Shown: one piece after another, positions 10,116 to 19,023 of the stretch
Numbering within the stretch: position 1 is the first letter of the stretch
Layout of the letters: every line of letters starts with the position of its first letter
Assembly: GCA_018238625.1 (NCBI GenBank)
Contig: JABCSY010000037.1
Location: 1-35,481 of the forward strand
Direction of reading: 5' to 3'
DNA: 35,481 nucleotides
DNA from: Promethearchaeota archaeon
GTDB lineage: Archaea; Asgardarchaeota; Lokiarchaeia; Sigyniarchaeales; SOKP01
Program-made: the position numbers and the translations under genes
Notes under the pieces: model-generated
Databases searched by the model: none
Told to the model about the DNA's origin: nothing
What the model saw: only the letters and a program-made list of their open reading frames with translations

Positions 10116-11588
10116 TTGGAATCATTACAAACAATTAAAATTCTTAAAATCGAAACAAACAAAATCTTTTACGATAAAAAGACTGAGATTTTATCCATCT
10201 ACATTTTTGATTTTATCTTTATTGGAAATTACAAAAAGACTACAAAGATTAGTAAAATTTTAGATGATATCTACAAATCGCTAGGAGATACACAGTTAAA
10301 CCGAGAAGACGTTTCTTTCGTTGATTTCGTAACATTTACCACTATATCTGAGAAAACTAAATTAAAAAATTTAAATTTAATCTCCAAAAAAGAAAAAGAG
10401 AAAAAAAAAGAAGAAAAGAAAGAAGAAGCTGTTAAGAAGGACGATATAAGCGTTAAATACTTGAAAAGTTTAGATGAGAAAGAATTAGGCAGAGATGTTG
10501 CGAAACAATTTCAAGTTGAGGAAAAAAAAGAACGCTCGACGATTGCTCCCAAAGCTAAAAAGAAATCTAGAGCAAAAGAAGCAGAACCTGTAATGTATAA
10601 ATTTGCTGAGGAAGCCGAAGAGGAGGATGTGATTTTAGAGGAGCCTCAAACATTTGACGATGATGCATCATCAGAATTAGAAATGATAAAATCTGCTCCC
10701 CCTCCCCCTCCCCTACCGAAACTTTCACGGGCACCTTCATCAGCACCACCTGGCGCTGGTGCACCGATACCAGTTAGTGCACCTAAAGATCTTAGAGATG
10801 AATTGGGAGGTCTTGGAGAAGCCCCCGATTCAGAATCGCTCGCCCCTTCAAGGAGGTTAGATATAGCCCCAGCAGAGCCAAAAACAACCGTTTATGAAAT
10901 TAATATGGGGCTTCAATATTATTCTGTTATGATGGAAAAAACTAGCTATCTGTTTTACGTTTATTTCTCTCATAAGGAATTGAAAATCATTGACGAGGAA
11001 GGAAAGACCGTTTTCGAAACTTCATTTAGAATAGAGACAACTAAAAAAGAACCGCCGATAGTGGATTTAAAAGTTGAGGGAGAGGGATTTGAAGTTCACC
11101 CCTTACACGGTAAAGTAGAAATTAAAAAAAAAGCAATAAACCCTCCGGTAATGATCTTCTCGGTACTTCCCACAAAAAAGAAAAATAGAACTAAAAAAGA
11201 TAAAAAAGAGAGCGAAAGACGGTATTTACACGTGTATATCGAATACGAGAAAGAAACCATAAATCATTCCGTATTATCTATAATCGTTCAACCGAAACAC
11301 TTTCACCTAGATATTGGTCCGATTCATTTAGATATAAGTAAAAAAGCGGCTATGATAGTTTCTCTTTTTTCCGTAATAATCTCCTTAGGATCTTTGATTT
11401 ATACTATTTTTTCTATAGATCCCTCTTCAACTTTAACTAGTATTATAGGTAATTTTGCTCCGGGATTAGGTTCGATTATCTTTATAGGGATATTTCTTTT
11501 CACTCTTTTTAAAGAAGGCCTGTATCCGCTTAAAGAGAAGGTTAGTTATTTCCTTAATTTCGACAAAACAGGAATGTTAATAAAATAG
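10116..11588 (+). CDS. Hypothetical protein with a charged and Pro-rich disordered linker, a beta-rich domain and two C-terminal TM helices
   Basis: 490 aa; KKEKEKKKEEKKEE run, acidic stretch, SAPPPPPLPKLSRAPSSAPPGAGAPIP; two hydrophobic C-terminal helices. Confidence 0.8.
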   Translation: MESLQTIKILKIETNKIFYDKKTEILSIYIFDFIFIGNYKKTTKISKILDDIYKSLGDTQLNREDVSFVDFVTFTTISEKTKLKNLNLISKKEKEKKKEEKKEEAVKKDDISVKYLKSLDEKELGRDVAKQFQVEEKKERSTIAPKAKKKSRAKEAEPVMYKFAEEAEEEDVILEEPQTFDDDASSELEMIKSAPPPPPLPKLSRAPSSAPPGAGAPIPVSAPKDLRDELGGLGEAPDSESLAPSRRLDIAPAEPKTTVYEINMGLQYYSVMMEKTSYLFYVYFSHKELKIIDEEGKTVFETSFRIETTKKEPPIVDLKVEGEGFEVHPLHGKVEIKKKAINPPVMIFSVLPTKKKNRTKKDKKESERRYLHVYIEYEKETINHSVLSIIVQPKHFHLDIGPIHLDISKKAAMIVSLFSVIISLGSLIYTIFSIDPSSTLTSIIGNFAPGLGSIIFIGIFLFTLFKEGLYPLKEKVSYFLNFDKTGMLIK

Positions 11589-11600
11589 TACTTCTATAGC

Positions 11601-12506
11601 TTATTGATTTTTTTTATTTTTTTTTATATATTCCCAAAAATCTTTCTTTAGCTCACTTAGTTCCTTTTCTCTTAATTTTATAAAATATAGAGGTCTTCTA
11701 ACAATTTCGGGATAACCTTTAATCTCCAATATCTTAATTAAACCTGCTTTTTCAGCATTACCAGCCATATATTCGCTCATTATACTAATGTAATTTGATT
11801 CGCTTACTGCTGAAATAATGGAATCGTTATCGTTTATTTCAAGTTTGATTTTTAGCCTTTTATAATTTGGAAATTGGCGTTTAAAAACATTCCTCATCCC
11901 AGAACCCTCTTCTCGCCACACAAACGGATATTTAATGAGATCAGTAAAATTTATCACATTATTCCCGATTTCTAATAGTTCATGGTTAGGAGAACAGATA
12001 AATTTAAATTCATCCTCTCCAATTTTGATGGAGTCAAAATCGTTTTCGTTGTAGTTTATAAAACTACCAATACCAGCAAAATCTGCCAACCCTTTAGCTA
12101 CATTTTCAATTGATTTTTGTGAGTTACTAATTTTTACTTTAAAATTTACGTTAGGATTCTTATTTCGGAATTTCGCGATATATCTCGGTAAGATATGAGA
12201 GCCTGGAATCGTTGATGCTGAAATCACGATATCTTCAAATTTATGTTTACTGTACTTTATTAATTCCTCTTCGCAAGAATCGTATAGCTTAACAATCTTT
12301 TGTGAATAATCTAACAAAACTCTTCCAGCTTCAGTTAATTCAAACTTCTTAGTCGTCCTATCTATTAAAACGACTCCAAAAACTTTTTCCAATAGCGAAA
12401 TTTGATGAGATAACGTACTTTGAGAAATTGGAATGTCTTTTACTAATTCTGAGAAACTTTTATATTTGGTTAGTTTAACAAAGTTTCTTAGATATTCAAT
12501 ATTCAT
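11601..12506 (-). CDS. LysR-family transcriptional regulator (CysL-like substrate domain)
   Basis: N-terminal HTH 'ISQSTLSHQISLLEKVFGVVLIDRT...LTEAG'; ASTIPG..LP; REEGSGMR. Confidence 0.92.
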   Translation of the reverse strand: MNIEYLRNFVKLTKYKSFSELVKDIPISQSTLSHQISLLEKVFGVVLIDRTTKKFELTEAGRVLLDYSQKIVKLYDSCEEELIKYSKHKFEDIVISASTIPGSHILPRYIAKFRNKNPNVNFKVKISNSQKSIENVAKGLADFAGIGSFINYNENDFDSIKIGEDEFKFICSPNHELLEIGNNVINFTDLIKYPFVWREEGSGMRNVFKRQFPNYKRLKIKLEINDNDSIISAVSESNYISIMSEYMAGNAEKAGLIKILEIKGYPEIVRRPLYFIKLREKELSELKKDFWEYIKKNKKNQ

Positions 12507-12589
12507 GCTTTTACCGCGCTTTTTTTAATCTTAGTTTAAGGAGATTACAAATATTTTCTACTATATAAAACTTAATTATGATTAATTAA

Positions 12590-12610
12590 TTTATCGATAT
12601 TATGAATAAA
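12590..12610. promoter_or_regulatory. Putative LysR box (T-N11-A within an inverted repeat)
   Basis: TTTAT-CGATATTATGA-ATAAA between the divergent lysR and dsrE genes. Confidence 0.5.
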
Positions 12611-12694
12611 TCATTACGAAAAGATTAATAAATCTTTTTTAATTTCCTACACCATAATTAATCATCTTAACATAATTAAAAAGGTTTAACATAA

Positions 12695-13054
12695 GTGACT
12701 GAAAACAAAAAGACTTTTACGATTGTAATTGGAAGTGGGGCCTATACATCTGAAAGACCTTATACCATGTTACGATTTGCCTATACCTCATTATTAGAAG
12801 AACATAAAATCAACATCTTTTTAGTCGAAGATGGTATCTTTGTAGGCATGAAAAACCAAAACCCATCCACGTATGATAATGTCGGGAAATGGATGGCCGA
12901 TGTTATTGAAGAGGGGGCTAAAGTGTTAGCGTGCGGAGTGTGTATGAAAGCAAGGGGTTTACGCGACGAAGAATTAATGGCGGGGATATCAAAAACATCA
13001 ATGAAAGGGTTCGTTGATATGTGCGTGGAAGCGGATAACGTTTTGTTCAGTTAA
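12695..13054 (+). CDS. DsrE/TusD-family sulfur relay protein
   Basis: 'IFLVEDGIF' and 'LACGVCMKARG' motifs; GTG start. Confidence 0.88.
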   Translation: MTENKKTFTIVIGSGAYTSERPYTMLRFAYTSLLEEHKINIFLVEDGIFVGMKNQNPSTYDNVGKWMADVIEEGAKVLACGVCMKARGLRDEELMAGISKTSMKGFVDMCVEADNVLFS

Positions 13055-13076
13055 AACTAAATGGTGAATTATAGAA

Positions 13077-13304
13077 ATGAGCAATAATTATAAGCTAAAA
13101 TTAGACGGGTTGGTCTGTCCATTACCAGTTGCCAGGACTAAAAAAAAATTAAATGAAATGCAAAGCGGAGAAATTTTGGAAGTTTCTGGAGATTTTGGTG
13201 AATCGGGAGAGAATATAAAGCGATATGTAGAAACTCATGGCGACACAGTTTTGGAGTTTAAGATCGAAGGAGAAGATTACAACATAAAAATTGAGAAGGC
13301 GTAA
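13077..13304 (+). CDS. tusA: TusA/SirA-family sulfur carrier
   Basis: 'LDGLVCPLPVARTKKKL...GEILEV' (CPxP motif); 75 aa; SD GGTGA. Confidence 0.88.
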   Translation: MSNNYKLKLDGLVCPLPVARTKKKLNEMQSGEILEVSGDFGESGENIKRYVETHGDTVLEFKIEGEDYNIKIEKA

Positions 13305-13594
13305 AATAACTTTGTCGATCCGATATAAAAAAGAATATAAATTCTTTTTGTAATATATCTCTATGAAGAAAAATTCAATTTCAACATATTTTCTTATAGT
13401 TCTTTTTATTCTTGTAGGAATTTATTTATCCTCAATAACTTATATCACACCAATTTCTCTGTTTGCTATACGCACGGGTCATGGACTCCTCATAGCTGGA
13501 ATTACTATAATTTTAGGAAAACTTCTAGGTATTTATAGAAAAAGAAAGACTTTTTCCTCTGTTGAATTATTACTTTCTGGAGATTTTGGTGAAT
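13183..13594 (+). repeat. 21-nt exact direct repeat shared by tusA and the downstream gene
   Basis: TTTCTGGAGATTTTGGTGAAT at 13183-13203 and 13574-13594; both copies encode SGDFGE. Confidence 0.8.
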
Positions 13595-14175
13595 TCTATT
13601 TCCCACCATGGATTTTTAAAAAGAAGAAGAACGCAATTTTTATTAGCACTGATGTAAAATCTTCGATTTCAACGATTTTCGGTTCAGTAGTGGCTTGTAT
13701 CTTAGTAAGTTACATTTTCATCCCAAGCTTCGATGATTTTATTAATGGAATAATTGAAATTAGCTTCGGCACTATTTTAATGCTTTTAGTTTCAATCTAT
13801 TTATTAGGCTTAGTATTTATATCGTTTAGTCTATTCTCAATTATTCGACGAGTTATTAGAGTTATAGATAAAGAAACACATATTATTAGGATTTATAGAA
13901 GCATAAAGCTCGATAAAAAGAACCAGGATGATGATAAAAAAGAACTGCAGATCCCTATCTCTAACTTAAAAAATAGCGAGATTGAGCCTAGAGGATATTA
14001 TCAATATTTAGTACCTTTAGAGGGCATTAAAGGAGAACTTAAATTGATTAATCACTGGATTTATAATGAAAAATACATCCTTATCCAAAGCAGGGACGAA
14101 AATTTTATCACAAATTTAAATTCCGGGATTAGGAAGTTCTTAGGCTTTCAAACCAGTAGTTTTTCTGAAAAATAA
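13363..14175 (+). CDS. Hypothetical membrane protein (about 4 TM helices)
   Basis: 270 aa ORF; four hydrophobic segments and a soluble C-terminus. Confidence 0.75.
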   Translation: MKKNSISTYFLIVLFILVGIYLSSITYITPISLFAIRTGHGLLIAGITIILGKLLGIYRKRKTFSSVELLLSGDFGEFYFPPWIFKKKKNAIFISTDVKSSISTIFGSVVACILVSYIFIPSFDDFINGIIEISFGTILMLLVSIYLLGLVFISFSLFSIIRRVIRVIDKETHIIRIYRSIKLDKKNQDDDKKELQIPISNLKNSEIEPRGYYQYLVPLEGIKGELKLINHWIYNEKYILIQSRDENFITNLNSGIRKFLGFQTSSFSEK

Positions 14176-14216
14176 ACAATAACAAAAAAAAAGAAGTAAA
14201 TTAATAGTAATAAGTT

Positions 14217-15407
14217 TTATTTCTTAAGTCTTGCAGAAACCCAATCGTAATAGCCTTTATCTTCCATAACTTTTGGGATTTCGGCGAAAAATTGAGCGGT
14301 AATCTCTTTTACGTTTTTAGCGGCAATTGGGTGGAACATCATGGCGAGATCTAAGCCTACAAGAGTTAGAGAAAGAGCATTAATGATTTCCCAAATAGGT
14401 CCTCTGTATTTTCTTAAACCCCATTGAGGCATTCGCTTCTCGCTCATCCAAGCTTCACGAGCGCCCCATGCATTTGTTGTACCTCCGCTTATTGGGTATG
14501 CTAAATCAGTTTCCCCTAGCAAACCGGCTATTCGCATTCGCTGGTAAATGCTAAACGAGTATTCCATTCCGTACCCTAAGGTGGCGCAAGTTGGGTCCAT
14601 AACTATGCGATTCTTTGGCAATCCTAGTTCTAAAGCGTCTTTATTCATCTTAATCTGATTGTTTAAGTCTAAGCTCGTCCAGAGCAAACAGTTGTGGTCG
14701 TATTTAACTGCTAAGGGAATTACATCTTCCCAGGTCGCCTTATCTGCAGCTGAAAGCATTAAAACTTCGCTTTCTGCCACAGCGGCAGTAGCTTTAAACA
14801 TTTCAACGTCTTTTTCTTTATTTCCTGAACAGCCTATTATGACTGGAACATCGACAGCTTGTAATATATCTTCTAGGTATTTTACTGATTGTGAAACTGG
14901 TGCGTCTCCCATACCGGGATCAATTTCTAACGAGTGGAAAGTAATGCTTTCAGCGCCGAATTTATCAACGGCAAATTTTGCCCATTCGGCTGGATCTGCT
15001 AAAACTTCTCCATACGCTTCTTTAATCGGTTTAGGTAACATCATTTTGGAGCCCATGTCGAATACATCGTACGTAACTAAAGGTGGATGAGGGTTTCTTT
15101 TGTCTAGACCAAGAAAATTGTAAAAAGGTGGAACTTTTTCTCCGCCTATTGTTGCTTTCTTTCCGTTAGAGCGTACAAATTCGATCGTTTCAATTTGTCC
15201 GGGAAATTCTAGATCAAGAGAGAATTTAGTTGGCGTCCATTCTGCTTTTCCAATTCCGGGTAGGACTGCTTGAGCCGCAGCTGAAACTATTCCGGGGAGC
15301 ATCTGAAACTCTAAGTAATCTGCAAATAATTCTACGTCTTGCAATTCAATTTCTTCAGTTTCTTTCATCAATTTTGCTAATTTTTTACTAATATCATCAA
15401 ACGAAAT
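14217..15407 (-). CDS. cdhD: Acetyl-CoA decarbonylase/synthase delta subunit (corrinoid Fe-S protein small subunit)
   Basis: TIGGE..PPF, DPAEWAK.AVDKFGA, GCSGNKEKD, VMDPT..LGYGMEY, NAWGAREAW, MMFHP. Frame open to ATT at 15407 behind GTGAT; the alternative TTG/ATG start is at 15371/15368. Confidence 0.93.
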   Translation of the reverse strand: MSFDDISKKLAKLMKETEEIELQDVELFADYLEFQMLPGIVSAAAQAVLPGIGKAEWTPTKFSLDLEFPGQIETIEFVRSNGKKATIGGEKVPPFYNFLGLDKRNPHPPLVTYDVFDMGSKMMLPKPIKEAYGEVLADPAEWAKFAVDKFGAESITFHSLEIDPGMGDAPVSQSVKYLEDILQAVDVPVIIGCSGNKEKDVEMFKATAAVAESEVLMLSAADKATWEDVIPLAVKYDHNCLLWTSLDLNNQIKMNKDALELGLPKNRIVMDPTCATLGYGMEYSFSIYQRMRIAGLLGETDLAYPISGGTTNAWGAREAWMSEKRMPQWGLRKYRGPIWEIINALSLTLVGLDLAMMFHPIAAKNVKEITAQFFAEIPKVMEDKGYYDWVSARLKK

Positions 15408-15771
15408 TTTGTATCACTTTACCTTATTTTTATTAATTTTTTGAATTTTGAATTAAATTTAAAAGTTTGGATTGAAATTGATCAAGGATCGCCCAAAACA
15501 TTGTTTTTGCGCTTTTTAGACCAAAAGTGCAAGGTAAAATTATCGAAAACCAACATTCTTTAAATACTACTTGTGTAGGAATTTCATCACAACCGCCGAA
15601 CCAGTTTTAAGCGTTTATTATTACCGAATTGGCGATCTGGTAGAGTCAGGAGCTTATGATTTTCAATTTGGGCAAGTGATAGATTTTTTAATGAAAATTT
15701 CCTTGTTGAAGGGCAGAGACTACTTTAAGATAAGATTAATAGAGAGAAATTGTCCGAATCAATATGTGAAA

Positions 15772-15785
15772 CTCCAATATTGGAG
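15772..15785. promoter_or_regulatory. Perfect 14-bp palindrome, putative operator
   Basis: CTCCAATATTGGAG, just upstream of a TATA-like TTATATTTAAA and about 45 nt before the 15828 gene. Confidence 0.45.
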
Positions 15786-15827
15786 AAGAAGCGTTATATT
15801 TAAAAGAATAATAAACATTGTTCTTAA

Positions 15828-16298
15828 TTGACAAAAATGAATGAAAAAAATGATGAAAAATTACCAAACGAAAATGGTCAAAAACCTTCGAAACCTAAAT
15901 GGTGGAAACCGTTATGGATATTGACCGCTATTTCGATGGTCGGTTCGGGAGTTTTTACTTATTTTGTCTTACATGGAGAATTGATACTTATTATTATTCT
16001 TGAAATTATATTTTCATTAGTCTTGGGTTTTGCCTATTATATCCGCGTAAGACCATCAATAAAAGTTAATAAATTGGTCTACATTTTTTTTGGAATAACT
16101 CCAATCGGATTTGGATTTTCCATGTTATATGCTTTAATTTGTGGAATAACTAATTTTGGTCAATTTATAGTGAGTTTCAAACCTTTTGGTTCTTGGTTAC
16201 AATTGTGTATTATAATAGGGCTCTTCACTATTGGTGGTTTTATTGGTAATTGGTTTGGTAAAAAAAGAGATTATAGACTTCCTTTTAGCCTATATTAA
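15828..16298 (+). CDS. Hypothetical 4-TM membrane protein
   Basis: 156 aa with four hydrophobic helices; alternative ATG at 15837. Confidence 0.8.
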   Translation: MTKMNEKNDEKLPNENGQKPSKPKWWKPLWILTAISMVGSGVFTYFVLHGELILIIILEIIFSLVLGFAYYIRVRPSIKVNKLVYIFFGITPIGFGFSMLYALICGITNFGQFIVSFKPFGSWLQLCIIIGLFTIGGFIGNWFGKKRDYRLPFSLY

Positions 16299-16420
16299 AA
16301 TTCTAATAAATTTTTACTAAATTTTGCTAAAAGAATTAAAAATGTCTAATTATAAATAATTGATTTGTCTTATGTATCAAATACAATAAAGTAATGAATT
16401 TATTATTTAACTGATTATTT

Positions 16421-17656
16421 ATGAAGAAAAAAACAATTTCAATCATAGTACTAATTACTATAGTTGTTGTTAGCGTTCCATCGTATTTTTGGATAACAAG
16501 TATGCTCAATAATCTGGGAAACACTAATCAAGCTCCAATTATTGATAGTTATTTTCCGTTGCTAAACCCTCGCATCAACGAAACAGAAACTCAAGAGTTT
16601 AACGTTACCGCTCACGATCCCGATGGTGATTTCCTAACTTTTGGTTGGTACCTTAATGGAACTAATGTCGGAGGGAATTTAACAGCTTACATATTCGATG
16701 CTAACTCTAATCCTAATGGGACTTATACCGTAAAAATAAACATAACAGATGGGTATTATACTGTTGATCGAGTTTGGATATTAATAGTGAGCAACCAGTC
16801 TATTTCAGAAACATTAATTATTGACCACAGACACGCTCATTTGGAAGATTTAAAATCTATACCAATTAGCTGGATAAACGAAACTAAAAAAAACCTTAAT
16901 ATTGCTTATGGTCATACATCTCACGGTAGTCAATTAACCTCAGGAATGGCTAATTTAGACGCTTTTATGGGCGGCACTAATACTTATATATTTGGAGCAG
17001 ATGGGGGCGGAGATGACACTAAACTTGAGTTTTACGATTATAACGGTGGTTTTGGAGGGACATTAACGAGTACTACAGCCAACGACCTTGGAAACCCCAA
17101 TGACGACGCTTGGGCTTCAGCTACGGAAGAATATTTGGATAATCCTGCTAATCCTGGAACAAATGTTATAATGTGGTCTTGGTGTAATATTGGAGGTCAT
17201 AATATATCTAGATACATATTTCATATGGAAAATTTGATTTCTGCCTACTCTGCGGGTGGTTCAAAAGGAAGGACTTCAGAAACCGAGGTTAAATTTGTCT
17301 TCATGACGGGTCACGTAGATGGTGGGGGAATAGGTGGTACTAATAATCTACAAAATGAAATCATTCGAAATCACTGTATAACATACAATAGAACTCTGTA
17401 CGATTTTGCTGATATTGAAAGTTACGACCCAGACGATAATTACTTTTTAGATTTAAATGTTGATGATGGTTGTTATTATACTGGAGGCAATTGGGCGTTA
17501 GAATGGCAAGCCACTCATAATGGCGTCAATACAGAACCAGATGGAGGAGATTGGTACTCGTGTAGTTCTGCTCACTCTCAGCCTTTAAATGCAAACTTAA
17601 AAGCTTACGCTTCATGGTACTTGTTTGCTAGGTTAGCCGGTTGGAATGGAAATTGA
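16421..17656 (+). CDS. Secreted or membrane-anchored protein with an Ig/PKD-like domain and a putative SGNH-like hydrolase domain
   Basis: N-terminal signal anchor; 'FNVTAHDPDGD.LTFGWYLNG...GTYTV..NITDG'; HTSHGSQL, MWSWC, FMTGH, LYDFADIES, SAHS motifs; several NxS/T sequons. Confidence 0.75.
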   Translation: MKKKTISIIVLITIVVVSVPSYFWITSMLNNLGNTNQAPIIDSYFPLLNPRINETETQEFNVTAHDPDGDFLTFGWYLNGTNVGGNLTAYIFDANSNPNGTYTVKINITDGYYTVDRVWILIVSNQSISETLIIDHRHAHLEDLKSIPISWINETKKNLNIAYGHTSHGSQLTSGMANLDAFMGGTNTYIFGADGGGDDTKLEFYDYNGGFGGTLTSTTANDLGNPNDDAWASATEEYLDNPANPGTNVIMWSWCNIGGHNISRYIFHMENLISAYSAGGSKGRTSETEVKFVFMTGHVDGGGIGGTNNLQNEIIRNHCITYNRTLYDFADIESYDPDDNYFLDLNVDDGCYYTGGNWALEWQATHNGVNTEPDGGDWYSCSSAHSQPLNANLKAYASWYLFARLAGWNGN

Positions 17657-17803
17657 TAATCTTTAGTTTTTTTTTTTACTTTTTTTTAATCTAATTTTGT
17701 GGAGATCGTAAGGGTTAGATCTTGCCATGATGTTTCACCCCAAATTTTTCCACGCGGCAAACACCAAATTGAAAAAAGTAACGGGAAAATTTAACTTTAA
17801 ATA

Positions 17804-18193
17804 TTATACCTTCCCATTCAATCTCATCGCAAAAGTTTTAAGAAAAGACAAAACTCGGGGTGGATCTGCTCGAGGCATGGCAAATGATACAAGTACGCCT
17901 CCTTGAAAAGGAGTGAATATTACATGCCCCATCCCATTATTGGCAGTTCCAACAATTCCTTCAGTAGTAGTTTCAACAACCGAAAATTCTACATCGTTTA
18001 AAACAAACGAGCGGTCTCCTTTAATAACGTTCAATATCATGTTCGTTTGATTATTTAGGTCCCAATTATCTGTCTGAAAAACTACCTTTCCCGAATCAGA
18101 CACAACTGCGAACCCAGCAATTTTCATGTTAGCCTCAAATGTAGTAATTCCCAATTCGTCAATTATTTTTTTTATTTCATCCATATTAAACAC
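17804..18193 (-). CDS. Asgard-type profilin (actin regulator)
   Basis: 129 aa; 'GFAVVSDSGKVVFQTDNWDL', 'EFSVVETTTEGIVGT..GMGHVI', 'GVLVSF..P' match the Lokiarchaeal profilin pattern (QTENWD, GxGH). Confidence 0.85.
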   Translation of the reverse strand: MFNMDEIKKIIDELGITTFEANMKIAGFAVVSDSGKVVFQTDNWDLNNQTNMILNVIKGDRSFVLNDVEFSVVETTTEGIVGTANNGMGHVIFTPFQGGVLVSFAMPRADPPRVLSFLKTFAMRLNGKV

Positions 18194-18293
18194 TTATGGT
18201 TTATTTTGTTGTATGTTATTATTCTAAATCAATGCTATTCCTCAAAATCATCGTAGTACTACTGATAAATATATCTAACTTTTTAACTAAAAG

Positions 18294-18812
18294 TTAAATT
18301 TTCTTTATTATTTTTTTTTTCCCTCTGTACAAGATTATTCCAAACACAAGAATTAACGAGATAATTAGAAAGCTAAAGTTATAGCCTGAAATATTTGGAA
18401 GATAATATCGAGTTAGGCTGTCCAAATTACATCGTAAATAAAAGGTGTCGGGACCGTTCTCGATTAAAATAATTTGGATGTAATAAATTTTTGACGCTGG
18501 CGCGGTGTAATTGATGTAAGGGTTATCGTCTAGGCTATAATTTATCGCAACATCGAAAATTCTTGGGTTAAGACTTTTATCAGGGTTTATAAATGATTCA
18601 GTGGGACGCATATCAAATATAAATAGCGTAAAATTTCCATCCCCCGTGTGAGTTACGTTAATTTCAATAGTTTGACTAGTGTTTAAATGAGTTAGGAAAT
18701 ATACAGAAATTCCATCGTTAATGTTATCTATGTGCTCGAATCCAGAAACATTAGATGGCGGTATTAAAATGAATAAAGTAAAAAGGGTAAAAGCGAGAAA
18801 TTTACGTTTCAT
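18294..18812 (-). CDS. Surface protein with a signal peptide and a Loki-CTERM-like C-terminal anchor
   Basis: MKRK plus hydrophobic N-terminus; C-terminal 'ISGYN' + TM helix + KKKIIKK. Confidence 0.75.
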   Translation of the reverse strand: MKRKFLAFTLFTLFILIPPSNVSGFEHIDNINDGISVYFLTHLNTSQTIEINVTHTGDGNFTLFIFDMRPTESFINPDKSLNPRIFDVAINYSLDDNPYINYTAPASKIYYIQIILIENGPDTFYLRCNLDSLTRYYLPNISGYNFSFLIISLILVFGIILYRGKKKIIKKI

Positions 18813-19023
18813 AATTCCGTATTCATATTAGTTTTAAGTTTGATATAACGTTATTATTAACTTAAGGTTTATTGAATTATAAATCTAAGTCGTATTGTCA
18901 ATTGTTATTTAAAACATTGAATAATTATAAATTGCCAATACATTTTTCTTAATCGAAATTTTTTTCAATAAAGGTTTAATTAATTTATAAATATAGGTTC
19001 AAAATTATAAAACAACTGCAGGC

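Noticed and set aside
15560-15700. Possible cobalamin riboswitch near cdhD (AGTCAGGAG resembles a B12 box)
   Set aside because: On the wrong strand for cdhD and lacks the GGGAA and GGTG..AATCC..CTGT core
15571-15831. 86-aa ORF as an intact gene
   Set aside because: TTG start without an SD, overlaps the promoter of the next gene, only fragmentary motifs; at best a relic
17722-17760. SECIS-like pattern (ATGA-N11-AAA) within a TTGCC/GGCAA stem
   Set aside because: No 3' GA to form the quartet, helix II does not pair, and no in-frame UGA selenoprotein was found nearby
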